DNA of 64,000 nt, from the sequence record OQ708376.1; one strand, written 5' to 3'. Source of the stretch: Escherichia phage vB_EcoM_CRJP21. Positions 1-9,463 of this stretch are shown piece by piece (position 1 is the first letter of the stretch; every line of letters starts with the position of its first letter). The notes under the pieces are model-generated. The model saw nothing but the letters and a program-made list of their open reading frames with translations, was not told where the DNA came from and did not search any database. A program made the position numbers and the translations under genes.

Positions 1-2
1 AC

Positions 3-1022
3 AGCAAATGTCCACTTTGTATGTCTGAATTAGAACATAACGAACATACTTCTTCAATTAAAGACAAAATCCAAAGTACTATTAATGATCTTCAAGCTAA
101 AATTGATAGTTCTTCTTCTGAAATTGAAACATTACTTCAAGAAATTGATAGTATTGAGATTTTTGATATGCCACCTAAGCCCGTGACATATTATAATACA
201 CTTTCAGAAGCACAAATGCATGAACATAAGCTTCAAGAATTGGTCAGAAAGAGTGAAGAAGAACAAATAAACATCTATGCAAATGAACTTATGTCATCAT
301 ATGATGAACTTAACTCATATGAACTAATGGAAGTTCCAGATACATTAAACAAATATGAAGTTAAAGAGTTAGAAATGACTGTAAATTCATTATCACAGCA
401 ATTAGATCGTGAATTGAAGACTACTAACACATTTATTAGCCAAATTAATACCCTGAAGACTGATTCTTTAGTACCAATTGATTATAGCGACTATAATAAT
501 CTTGATAAAATGTCAAATCACCAAGATTTCTTGGTTAAATTACTTTTAAACAAGGATTCTTATGTCCGTAAACGTATTATTGAGCAAAATATATCATATT
601 TGAATACACGACTTCAGTACTATATCGATATGTGCGGTTCTGAGCATAATGTTGTGTTTTTGAATGATTTGAGTGTTGAAATTGAGAAGAGTGGACAGTA
701 CTTTGACTATAAACAGCTTAGTAGAGGTGAGCGTACAAGGGTAAACATCGCATTATCTTGTGCTTTCCGTGATACATATGAGTCATTATACCAAAGTATT
801 AATATTCTTATCATTGATGAGATGATTGACCAAGGTCTTGACTCAAGTGGTGTTCTACGTGTGTGGTCTATCTTCCAAGATATGGCTGCTGTACGTGGTA
901 AGAACGTTTATGCTATTTCCCACAGAGAAGAGTTACTATCTAAGACTGAAAAAATCCTCAAAGTTGTTAAAGAGGACGGTTTCAGTACTGTTGAATATGC
1001 AACCCTTGACGATGTTTTCTAA
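3..1022 (+). CDS. Rad50/SbcC-like recombination ATPase, C-terminal part (T4 gp46-like); 5' end upstream of window
   Basis: Frame open to window edge; signature-like LSRGER, Walker B/D-loop ILIIDEMIDQGLD, H-loop AISHRE. Confidence 0.7.
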   Translation, partial: SKCPLCMSELEHNEHTSSIKDKIQSTINDLQAKIDSSSSEIETLLQEIDSIEIFDMPPKPVTYYNTLSEAQMHEHKLQELVRKSEEEQINIYANELMSSYDELNSYELMEVPDTLNKYEVKELEMTVNSLSQQLDRELKTTNTFISQINTLKTDSLVPIDYSDYNNLDKMSNHQDFLVKLLLNKDSYVRKRIIEQNISYLNTRLQYYIDMCGSEHNVVFLNDLSVEIEKSGQYFDYKQLSRGERTRVNIALSCAFRDTYESLYQSINILIIDEMIDQGLDSSGVLRVWSIFQDMAAVRGKNVYAISHREELLSKTEKILKVVKEDGFSTVEYATLDDVF

Positions 1023-1030
1023 TTAAAGAT

Positions 1031-1057
1031 AAAGGGAGCCTTAGCTCCCTTTTTTTA
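1031..1057 (+). terminator. Rho-independent terminator between convergent genes
   Basis: Stem gggagc/gctccc (1034-1039/1044-1049) followed by T7 run; overlaps stop of minus-strand gene. Confidence 0.6.
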
Positions 1058-1532
1058 TATCAACCATATTTAATTTACCGTCCTTAATCAGCTTTCTAGC
1101 TTGCTTTACACGAGCAGTAGTGTTACTACCAGGGACAACTCCTAACCCTTCCAGAATCGCGTTTTGCTGTGTTGCTGGAAGCCTTTTAAACTTATTAACA
1201 TCCACAGTTAGTGCAGTGTGATGTATAACTTGTTCATCGTCAGGAATGCTGTTATTACGCTCTAAGTAATCAGCAAGATTTCTGAGTACCTCATATAATG
1301 GTTTATCAGTTAAGTGCTTCATATATCGATTGAAGCTGTTTTGTACCTTTCCTTCCCAAGCATTGACTTCATTTTGAAGAACTTGTCTACAATGTTGGTT
1401 ACCATAGTGGTAGTGATCCAGTACTGGTTTAGTTATTGGTTCTTTAATTATAGGATCTATTCCATTTTGTTTCTTTAGTAATTTGTTTCGATAGTTTGCA
1501 GCATCCTTACTATCTTTTAATCTTTTTTTCAT
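1041..1532 (-). CDS. Recombination endonuclease VII (Holliday junction resolvase), T4 gp49-like
   Basis: LDHYHYGNQHCRQVLQNEVNAWEGKVQNSFNR aligns with T4 endo VII LDHDHELNG...CNLCNAAEGQMKHKFNR. Confidence 0.75.
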   Translation of the reverse strand: MKKRLKDSKDAANYRNKLLKKQNGIDPIIKEPITKPVLDHYHYGNQHCRQVLQNEVNAWEGKVQNSFNRYMKHLTDKPLYEVLRNLADYLERNNSIPDDEQVIHHTALTVDVNKFKRLPATQQNAILEGLGVVPGSNTTARVKQARKLIKDGKLNMVDIKKGS

Positions 1533-1642
1533 AATTCCTCACCAAACTATTTGTTATCAAAATATTTATAGATTAGTTATTTGCAATATTTTAAGTACTT
1601 AATGAATATTTTTATAAAAATAGTGAGACAACTTTAAAGTTT

Positions 1643-1653
1643 GTGCTATAATG
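1643..1653 (+). promoter_or_regulatory. Extended -10 promoter TGTGCTATAAT (recurrent motif)
   Basis: Exact TGTGCTATAAT; same 11-mer recurs at 23535, 28841, 38871, 50957 with variants at 34018 and 45262. Confidence 0.5.
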
Positions 1654-1659
1654 TTTGTT

Positions 1660-2113
1660 GTAGTAATGACAATCCTGTTGAATGCAGAAATGCATATAAA
1701 TTAGAACCTGATCCTATCGAAAATGTAGATGGCAGATGAGCAGTTCAACAGTGCGATGAGCAAAAGAAACCCGTTAGATGTGGGCATAGTTTGAACCCCT
1801 CACGGCAATGCGGCTCAATAAAGAACTCCGATAAGCATACAGAGAGTTCCTCGATAGACATATAAGGATCGCACCTTACCAGATTTGCTAAGGGAGTTTA
1901 TTAAGTGATTTTAATAAACAGCCTGAAGTTTGATTGTATAGACTTTCAGGTGAGTGTCAGGATGATTAAGACTGACGACCGTTGCACATGACTGCGATAG
2001 AGAGAAACAGAGCAACCCGCTTTCGTTCTTAATATATTTTTAAGAAATTCGCAATACAATAAATGCTGAAACCATCAGCGTCAAGAAATAGAGACTTCAT
2101 TGTCTCTTTTTTA
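1660..2113 (+). ncRNA. Candidate structured non-coding transcript (~450 nt), function unknown; alternatively a replication-origin transcript
   Basis: No ORF of 60 aa or more on either strand across 1533-2370; bounded by promoter 1643-1653 and hairpin+T-run at 2090-2113; visibly GC-richer than flanks. Confidence 0.3.
2090..2113 (+). terminator. Rho-independent terminator
   Basis: Stem agagac/gtctct (2090-2095/2102-2107) followed by TTTTTTATT. Confidence 0.45.
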
Positions 2114-2330
2114 TTGTCTTCATTCCCCTGCGGGGGGATGAAAATGTCCTCAACAAATCCCGTCAAGTATTAAATCTTTTAAAGTTCTTTATAATTAATT
2201 TAATTAAATGAATATGAGTTACGTAGTAACGAATATTCTTCAGCTAACGAATGAAATGAGTTAGATGAATCCAATAATATTAAAATTAATCCTTTCATAA
2301 TTCAATTCAAATAATTCTGTAGTTTAAAAC

Positions 2331-2360
2331 CAAAAAAAAAACCAGCAACAATGTGCTGGC
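2331..2360 (-). terminator. Rho-independent terminator for minus-strand operon
   Basis: On minus strand: hairpin ccagca...tgctgg (2342-2359) followed by U10 (plus-strand A-run 2332-2341), just downstream of gene ending at 2371. Confidence 0.6.
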
Positions 2361-2370
2361 TATATGAAAA

Positions 2371-2580
2371 TTAGTGCTTCTCGTTTTGTTTTTTAATTTT
2401 TTTATTAAAAGACTTAACTAATAAGTCTCTATCTATTAATGGCATATTAAGGAGTGTTCCATAGTCAATGTTATCCATATATACAGAACATTCCATTAGT
2501 GCATTTTTGATTTCTGACTTATTCAGTTCTATCTCCTTCAGTACTTCTTGTATTTCTTCAGGAGATGACTGGAGAAGCAT
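2371..2580 (-). CDS. Hypothetical protein (69 aa)
   Basis: ORF start overlaps stop of upstream ORF at 2580; followed by terminator. Confidence 0.45.
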   Translation of the reverse strand: MLLQSSPEEIQEVLKEIELNKSEIKNALMECSVYMDNIDYGTLLNMPLIDRDLLVKSFNKKIKKQNEKH

Positions 2581-3416
2581 TACTCGAAAAAATGACTAGG
2601 ATCATATTTTAGTCCATCAATTTCCCATTGATGATTACATCCATCACATTCTACTTCCATACTATGAGATACACCAATTTCAAGTACTTCATCCATTTTT
2701 TCACGAATTAGTTTAAGTACTCCCTTCGATTGTTGTCCAAGCCATTCATTAATAAATTCTTTTTCAACTACTTCATCACCATCTGGTGTTATAATTTTTG
2801 CAATAACTCCACCAATCATATCGAAGTTAAGTTGAGCCATGTTTTCAAATACTTCAGAAAATATTTTTACTTTTTCATCTTTATCAATATCAGCAGTTTC
2901 AAGAAACTTAGTCTTCTGCTGCTCACTGAACATGCGTTCAGCAAACGATGAATATTCTTTCCATGTCAGTGGTCTAAATTCTAAACGTAGTCCATTATCT
3001 AAATCAATTGATGGGATTTCTTCAAATGCTTGTGCAGTTTCAAGAAGATATGATAGATTACGTTCAAATCGACCTTCTTTTTCACATTCAGGACATACAA
3101 CGTTAATATCATATGTTTCTTCTTTAGAAGCAACTTTAATAGCAATAAGAAGCATTTCAACGTCATTTACATACAACTCATCAGCGTCAATTACATTAGG
3201 AACACAGTTTTCAATAACACGGGATACTGCATCTCCGTTTAGTAACATATCGGGGGTATTAAGTGTCATTTCATCACGTGCACTACGTGCACAAACTCCA
3301 CATTTGACACCTTTTGGACCTAGAACTCCTTCTTTATAAGGAATAACGCCGTTTGTAACTAACTTAGTACTGATCTCTTCAATTTTAGTGTACTTAGCAA
3401 GTGGATTCATAGCCAT
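2580..3416 (-). CDS. Hypothetical Cys-rich protein (three CxxC pairs), putative zinc-binding
   Basis: 278-aa ORF; CGVC, CPEC, CDGC motifs; divergent from virion gene block. Confidence 0.55.
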   Translation of the reverse strand: MAMNPLAKYTKIEEISTKLVTNGVIPYKEGVLGPKGVKCGVCARSARDEMTLNTPDMLLNGDAVSRVIENCVPNVIDADELYVNDVEMLLIAIKVASKEETYDINVVCPECEKEGRFERNLSYLLETAQAFEEIPSIDLDNGLRLEFRPLTWKEYSSFAERMFSEQQKTKFLETADIDKDEKVKIFSEVFENMAQLNFDMIGGVIAKIITPDGDEVVEKEFINEWLGQQSKGVLKLIREKMDEVLEIGVSHSMEVECDGCNHQWEIDGLKYDPSHFFE

Positions 3417-3546
3417 TTTATTAAATCTCCATGTAATAAATGTGTTTTAGTATTTATAAGACTAAAAAAGATTAAATTAAACTAATTTTTATATTCTCTA
3501 TAGTTTCATAAATATTTCTATAATACATCTATTAAAAGGGAATGTT

Positions 3547-5751
3547 ATGGCTGGAAATACAAGTGATTACCTACTCCAGCAGTTGGTTAATCAAACTAAA
3601 GATAACAACGATAGTTTGAGTGCTATTCGTGAGTTATTGGCTGAAAATATAAAAAATGATAGAAAGAAATCCGGTTCTAAAAGTGGAAAACGTAATGGAA
3701 GTAATTCATCAAGTACTGGAAACCGTGGCTCTCGAACAAATAACAAAGCTGATGATGGTAAAGAATTTGGAAAAATATTCAAATCATTATCATCTGAAGT
3801 ATCGAATGTCGGCAAAACTATGATGAGTACGTCTGCAAACGTTAGCAATGTTGTAAACTCACTAGGAATGAGTGCATCTTCATTTGCTGGTTCATTAGCA
3901 ATGATCCCAGGTCCAGTTGGTGCAGCAGCATCTGCATTCAAATTGGTCGCTGACGCTGGTTTAGCAGTTTATAATGTGTTAAATGCACAGCTTGAAGTTT
4001 ATAATAGAATAAACAGTGCTGGTGTCGCTCTATCTGAAGGTTACGGCTCCATATTAAAAGGTGCTGGTGCATCAATGATGAGTATTGATGCATTTGGTGA
4101 AGCATTACAAACTCATAGTGCCGTTGTTGCACAATTAGATGGTGCATATGGTGATGGTGTTTCTACATTTGGTAAATTATTGGGTACTGTGCAACAAGCA
4201 CAAAATCAATTAGGTTTATATGGTGTTTCTCAAAAAACATTAACTGATTTAACTGCACGTAATATTAAATTCCAAAAGCAATTTGGTGGAAGAGAAATGT
4301 TACGTAGTATGGATCAAGCAAAAAGTACTGAACAGTTTATCATGAGCATGACTAAGTTCAGTAAAAGCATGGGTGAGTCAGTTGATGCACTATTAAATAA
4401 AACACAAAACTTAGATAAATCATTAGACACACGTTCAATGCAAATCGCATTACAAAACTATTCTGGATTATCTAGTAAAGCAGCAGTTGCAACATCAAAA
4501 GCATTTAACGAAGCGGCTGCCAGTATGGGTGATGCTGGTGCAGATTTTCTACGTTTAATTTCACATCGTTTAACTATTGGTGGAGTACCAGATGATTTAT
4601 TGACTCCAGTACTGAACCAATTTGCTGATTTAGGTGAGAACTTGGTACGTAGTGGTGTTACTGATTCACAAGAAATTCGCCGTCAACAATTGGAATTTGT
4701 TAAAAAGAACAAAGAACTAATAAAGCAAGATTTATTAAATCAGATACAATTAGGAAACACTACAGCAGCAACCTTCAACCAACAGCTACTTGATATGGAA
4801 GCTGCGATTAATGATCCTAAGAGTCAACCAGCAGATAAACTAACACAATTCACGGATAGATTCAATAGATGGATTAGTAAAGAATTTACTGAACCATTTA
4901 ATAAAATGTATGCAGATACACAAAATTCTATTGCGGATTACCTTACTGATATTGCAGACCGTACTGATGGTGCATGGGAATTTATCGGAGAGTTAGCACT
5001 TGATGGTTTTGGTTTGGTTCCTATTGCGAAAGATGCAGTTGCGTATTTGGATAGGATTGGTGGTGAGTTTGAGCAGTGGTTAGAAGGGTTAGGTACTGAA
5101 ATTTTTGGTAGTGGATATAATAAAGTTTCAGAAGCATTTGATAGCTTTATGAATAACCTAATGGATCTTCCTGGTAAACTTTGGGATTCTGTTAAAGGTT
5201 GGTTTGGTGGTTCAGACGACAAAGTAAAAGTAGAAAACAATTCTGTTACCGATGGTGCAGAAAAAGTTAATAATTATTTTGAAGAAAAAATGAATTCATT
5301 TGGTGATTATATTTCTAGTTCATTTGATGGTTTTTTAAAATGGAATTCAAGTAGAAACTTTAAACAACCAAAACCCCTTGATGAATCAGTTGCTGAAAAA
5401 CTTATTAGTAGTGGTCTTGAAAATAAGCCAAGAGCTACTGCGAGAATTGAAAAATCTGAACATGTTGCACCATATGTAACGATAACTCCAAAAACATTTG
5501 ACAAATCAGCATGGGGACCAAATGATCTACCAATTCAAGCTGAACCGGACGATTATGAGTCCATGAAAGCGATGATAAATAGTGGTAGTAGTATGGCAAA
5601 TGCTAATAATAATGCCACAATATCAGAAGACATGAAAGAGTTACTTAAAAAACTTGCTGATGTTAATGAGCAATCTCTATCTGCTGTACAACAGACAAAT
5701 AACTATCTAAGAACTATCTCTGAAAACACTCAAGGTGAGAGAAACAGTTAA
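3547..5751 (+). CDS. Hypothetical large virion-associated protein (possible internal head or ejection protein)
   Basis: 734-aa ORF; RBS aaggga; low-complexity S/G/N-rich N-terminus, Ala/Gly-rich segment; immediately upstream of portal gene; no recognised sheath/tube motifs. Confidence 0.5.
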   Translation: MAGNTSDYLLQQLVNQTKDNNDSLSAIRELLAENIKNDRKKSGSKSGKRNGSNSSSTGNRGSRTNNKADDGKEFGKIFKSLSSEVSNVGKTMMSTSANVSNVVNSLGMSASSFAGSLAMIPGPVGAAASAFKLVADAGLAVYNVLNAQLEVYNRINSAGVALSEGYGSILKGAGASMMSIDAFGEALQTHSAVVAQLDGAYGDGVSTFGKLLGTVQQAQNQLGLYGVSQKTLTDLTARNIKFQKQFGGREMLRSMDQAKSTEQFIMSMTKFSKSMGESVDALLNKTQNLDKSLDTRSMQIALQNYSGLSSKAAVATSKAFNEAAASMGDAGADFLRLISHRLTIGGVPDDLLTPVLNQFADLGENLVRSGVTDSQEIRRQQLEFVKKNKELIKQDLLNQIQLGNTTAATFNQQLLDMEAAINDPKSQPADKLTQFTDRFNRWISKEFTEPFNKMYADTQNSIADYLTDIADRTDGAWEFIGELALDGFGLVPIAKDAVAYLDRIGGEFEQWLEGLGTEIFGSGYNKVSEAFDSFMNNLMDLPGKLWDSVKGWFGGSDDKVKVENNSVTDGAEKVNNYFEEKMNSFGDYISSSFDGFLKWNSSRNFKQPKPLDESVAEKLISSGLENKPRATARIEKSEHVAPYVTITPKTFDKSAWGPNDLPIQAEPDDYESMKAMINSGSSMANANNNATISEDMKELLKKLADVNEQSLSAVQQTNNYLRTISENTQGERNS

Positions 5752-5762
5752 GGACGAAAATA

Positions 5763-7502
5763 ATGAGTTGGAAACGACATATGACAGTGGGAAGGTCTAA
5801 ACTATCGACCATCCCAAATCAGTCCAGTAATAGCAATAAATCAACAGGAACGAAAACAAATTTCGCTTCCTATCTTCCTGTTGTATATAATGGATTGGCA
5901 AATCGTACTGAGCGTTATAGTCAGTATGAGCAAATGGACCAAGATCCTGAAATTAGAACTGCATTGAATATAATTGCTGACTTTTGTACTCAAAGTACTG
6001 AAGATTTTGGTTTACCATATAAAATCAAATATAAAGATGATATTGGTGATACTGAAGTAACGACTATTGAAGATCGTTTAGATGCATGGACTGAACAAAA
6101 TGATTTTAAAACACGAATGTATGAAATTGTGCGTGGTCTTCTGAAATATGGTGATCAATTTTTCATTCGAGATCCAGAAACATTCGATTGGTATTGGGTA
6201 AGTCCCAAAAATGTTGAGCAAGTATTTGTTAACGAAGCCACTGGTAAAACACCAGTAATTTATTATATACGTGACGTATCATTAAATTTGAAAGATAAAG
6301 TTTTTAGTAACCTTCAAGTAGGATTTGATAAAACCGCTTATCCAGGAGCTATTCCAACAACAATGGGTGGTGGTGGTTCAGTAGCTGCTGGTGGTGCATC
6401 TGGTTTTACAAGTCAAGGAAATACGGCTGACCCATTCAGTACTAACGGTCAATTAGACGTTATTCCTGTTGGTGCAGAACACGTAATTCATCTAACACTA
6501 AATACAGGACAAGATGGGGTATGGCCTTTTGGTACTAGTATACTTGAGGACGTATTTAAAGTCTATAAGCAAAAAGAACTTCTGGAAGATAGTATCATAA
6601 TTTATCGTGTACAACGTGCACCTGAGCGTCGTGTATTTAAAATTGATGTTGGTGATATGCAAGCACACCAAGCGATGGCTTATGTTGAAAGATTTAAAAA
6701 TGAAATCCACCAGCGTAGAATACCTTCAAACAAAGGTGGAAGTACTTCACTAATGGATGCAGCGTATAATCCATTAAGCATTTTAGAAGACTACTTTTTC
6801 CCACAAACTTCTGAAGGTCGTGGTTCAGATGTTCAAACATTACCAGGCGGTGATAACTTAGGACAAATTGATGACTTACGTTATTTCAATAATAAATTGA
6901 TTCGTGGTCTTCAAATACCAGCTTCATATCTACCACAAGGTCCAGATGATGGTGGTGTTTCATTATTTGGTGATGGTGCTACACAAGCTATGGCAAGTGA
7001 ATTGCGATTCAATAATCAATGTATGCGTTATCAACGTTTAGTTGCAAAACATTTTGATGCTGAATTCAAAAGATTTATGGTTAAAAATGGATATAACATT
7101 AGTACTTCATCTTTTGAAGTTATTATGAATCCACCTATTAACTTAGCTTCTTATCGTAAAGCTGAACTAGATGCTAAACTAATTAATACATATCTTCCTC
7201 TTAATGACTTGCCTTATATGGCAAAACAAACAATTCTTGAAAAAATGGGCTTTTCTAAAGCTGATATTGTTAAGAATGAACAAATGTGGTTACAAGAGAA
7301 TCCACAAGATGGTTCCCAACCTTCTGGTGGTGAAGAAGATTCCGCAGGATTGCAGTCTGTTGGTATTGATGCTCCAAATGATCCTGGAATGGATCTTGGT
7401 ATTGATGGAGAAGGTAATTTGGAAAGTGCTGATGCCGAATACCAAGAGCAACAGAGTGGAAGTGGTGGTTTCGACCCTAATAATTTAGGCAATTCTTTTT
7501 AA
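5763..7502 (+). CDS. Portal vertex protein (T4 gp20-like)
   Basis: LEDSIIIYRVQRAPERRVFKIDVGDM matches T4 gp20 [33 protein letters not shown]...DVQTLPGGDN matches EDYWLQ...EVDTLPGADN. Confidence 0.9.
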   Translation: MSWKRHMTVGRSKLSTIPNQSSNSNKSTGTKTNFASYLPVVYNGLANRTERYSQYEQMDQDPEIRTALNIIADFCTQSTEDFGLPYKIKYKDDIGDTEVTTIEDRLDAWTEQNDFKTRMYEIVRGLLKYGDQFFIRDPETFDWYWVSPKNVEQVFVNEATGKTPVIYYIRDVSLNLKDKVFSNLQVGFDKTAYPGAIPTTMGGGGSVAAGGASGFTSQGNTADPFSTNGQLDVIPVGAEHVIHLTLNTGQDGVWPFGTSILEDVFKVYKQKELLEDSIIIYRVQRAPERRVFKIDVGDMQAHQAMAYVERFKNEIHQRRIPSNKGGSTSLMDAAYNPLSILEDYFFPQTSEGRGSDVQTLPGGDNLGQIDDLRYFNNKLIRGLQIPASYLPQGPDDGGVSLFGDGATQAMASELRFNNQCMRYQRLVAKHFDAEFKRFMVKNGYNISTSSFEVIMNPPINLASYRKAELDAKLINTYLPLNDLPYMAKQTILEKMGFSKADIVKNEQMWLQENPQDGSQPSGGEEDSAGLQSVGIDAPNDPGMDLGIDGEGNLESADAEYQEQQSGSGGFDPNNLGNSF

Positions 7503-7523
7503 ACATAAATAACAATGTATAAG

Positions 7524-7549
7524 AATGAGGGTTTATTTTTACCCTCATT
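7524..7549 (+). terminator. Hairpin after portal gene (possible attenuating terminator)
   Basis: Stem aatgagggt/accctcatt with T-rich loop; no clean T-run after stem. Confidence 0.35.
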
Positions 7550-7575
7550 TATAATGCATATTTCAAGGAGATCAA

Positions 7576-7803
7576 ATGTTAAAGGACATCTTTGAATCTA
7601 GCAGTGATTCAATGTACGACCCTGAAGATGATCAGAACGTATATAAAATTACTGATTCCAGAAAACCGAAACTAACATTACAAGTATTAAACAACTTAAG
7701 AAAGTACCGTGAATTTAAAGCACATGAAGAACAACGCCGCAAAAATGTGGTTGCAGTTGTTTATGCCGCTGCACCAACAGGTGACGGTTCTGGGTTAATG
7801 TAA
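7576..7803 (+). CDS. Hypothetical small protein (possible prohead core protein by position)
   Basis: 75-aa ORF with RBS aaggag; sits between portal and protease where T4 has gp67/gp68. Confidence 0.45.
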   Translation: MLKDIFESSSDSMYDPEDDQNVYKITDSRKPKLTLQVLNNLRKYREFKAHEEQRRKNVVAVVYAAAPTGDGSGLM

Positions 7804-7904
7804 ACCGAAAATCGCACTTTTTAAAGCTTTTAAAAAAGGCGATTTTATTCAGTACTAAATAATATCATACTTTATACGAATGTAATATATCTATGGAGGA
7901 TATA

Positions 7905-8753
7905 ATGGCGAATTTAAAACTACTACAAGAAGCAATTGCGGCGTTTGCAAATGGCGAACAAGATATTGCTGATAAAAAAATGCGTAAGTATTTCGTTGAG
8001 CAAGCTCAAGAAATTAACAAACAACTAGAAGAAAGCATGGAAGATGAAGACGACGATGAAGATTGTGAAGTCGAAGTTAAAGTCAAAGATGAAGAAAAGC
8101 TTGACGAAGATTTTGATGTACAACCAGACGAAGGTCTAAATGCTGAAATCGAATACACCCTTGGTGAAGAAGATGAAAGTGCAGAAGAAGAAGTTGAATT
8201 CTCTGCTGATGCAGATGGTGACGGTGAAGACGATGTTGACGTTGAAGTGAAAGCTGATGCTGATGTTCCTTCCGAAGACCAATGGGAATCAATCCAAGAT
8301 GCTTTCCGTGGCCTACAACAAATGTTTGATGAAATCGGTGACGGTGAAGTTGATCTAGATTCTGAAGAAGAAGTAGAAGATAGCGAAGAAGAAGTTGGTG
8401 TTGACGGTGACGACGAATTTGCTGATGTTGAATTCGGCGATGAAAAATTCGGTGAATCCTTCAAACTAGAAAAAGTTGCTCCAGTTGATAAGAAAGAAAA
8501 AGCTGGCACTCATTCCAAATCTCCAGTAGCACCAGAAGCTAAATCTCCAGTAGCAGGAGCAGAGCCAGTTAAATTCGCTAAGAAAACTGACCAAGCCCCA
8601 CTACTAGACCTAGATGATAAATCTGTTCTACCAAAAGATAGCCTAGATCTTGGTAAAAATGCTCGCGGTGAAATGAAAGATGTTAAAGCACCAAAAACTA
8701 CTGCATCTAATTCTAAATCACCACTAAGCAAAGCACAACCTAAACTAAAATAA
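7905..8753 (+). CDS. Highly acidic protein, putative prohead core/scaffold component
   Basis: D/E-rich ORF in head module; RBS ggagg; upstream leader shares conserved element with capsid gene leader. Confidence 0.55.
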   Translation: MANLKLLQEAIAAFANGEQDIADKKMRKYFVEQAQEINKQLEESMEDEDDDEDCEVEVKVKDEEKLDEDFDVQPDEGLNAEIEYTLGEEDESAEEEVEFSADADGDGEDDVDVEVKADADVPSEDQWESIQDAFRGLQQMFDEIGDGEVDLDSEEEVEDSEEEVGVDGDDEFADVEFGDEKFGESFKLEKVAPVDKKEKAGTHSKSPVAPEAKSPVAGAEPVKFAKKTDQAPLLDLDDKSVLPKDSLDLGKNARGEMKDVKAPKTTASNSKSPLSKAQPKLK

Positions 8754-8773
8754 ATATCTGAAAGGAGATCATT

Positions 8774-9397
8774 ATGAGTAGTATGATTCGTGAATGGTCT
8801 TCATTCAATGATTCTAAAGTTGTTTTGGAACATCGTGATAATGGATTTGGTGGGCGTGACTGCTATCTTCGTGGTATTGCTATTCAAGCCGACCAACGAA
8901 ATTTGAACGAGAGAATTTACCCTTTATCTGAAATTACAAGGGCAGTAAATAACATGAACCAGCGTTTAGCTAAAGGTGAAAGCATTCTTGTTGAATGTGA
9001 CCATCCAGAAACACTAACTATTAACCTAGACCGTGTAGCAGCAATGATTACTAAGGTTTGGATGGAAGGTGCTAATGGTATGGCAGAAATCAAACTACTT
9101 GATACTGCACATGGTCAGAATATCCGTAAAATGCTAGAGGCTGGTGTAAAACTTGGTGTAAGTTCTCGCGGTTCCGGTAACGTTGATTATAATGGAATAG
9201 TTTCTGATTTTGAAATTATCACTATTGATATTGTTGCTCAACCTAGTGCTCCAGAAGCATACCCAACAGCGGTATTTGAATCTCTGATGAGTAAGTACGG
9301 ATCACCTTGTAATAGTTCTAAAAAAATCACTGAATCTAAAAAAGTAAATAATTTAGATTCTGAAATATACGATTTTTTCAAGAAATTAAAAGGTTAA
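8774..9397 (+). CDS. Prohead core protease (T4 gp21-like)
   Basis: 207 aa (T4 gp21 ~212 aa), position between portal and scaffold/capsid genes; N-terminal region resembles gp21 as recalled. Confidence 0.6.
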   Translation: MSSMIREWSSFNDSKVVLEHRDNGFGGRDCYLRGIAIQADQRNLNERIYPLSEITRAVNNMNQRLAKGESILVECDHPETLTINLDRVAAMITKVWMEGANGMAEIKLLDTAHGQNIRKMLEAGVKLGVSSRGSGNVDYNGIVSDFEIITIDIVAQPSAPEAYPTAVFESLMSKYGSPCNSSKKITESKKVNNLDSEIYDFFKKLKG

Positions 9398-9463
9398 CAT
9401 TTTAAAAATATAAATATCTGTATGTTGAAGTACAGATATTTCAGTACTTAAAGGAGAGAACGA

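Noticed and set aside
1533-2370. tRNA or tmRNA genes in the ORF-free region
   Set aside because: No GTTCRANYC-type T-loop with matching acceptor stems or CCA-proximal structure found by eye; no tag-peptide-like reading frame. Left as an unclassified ncRNA/origin candidate.
2580-3416. Assignment of the Cys-rich 278-aa protein to a specific T4 baseplate or DNA-end-protector gene (gp26/gp51/gp2)
   Set aside because: Length is suggestive but I could not recall diagnostic sequence motifs; left as a putative zinc-binding hypothetical.
8006-8509. Minus-strand Ser-rich ORF (167 aa) and other antisense ORFs overlapping known genes (e.g. 3591-3941, 10174-10422, 14323-14640, 29562-29921)
   Set aside because: They lie antisense within well-supported + strand genes, have low-complexity composition mirroring the sense codons, and lack RBSs; treated as spurious.
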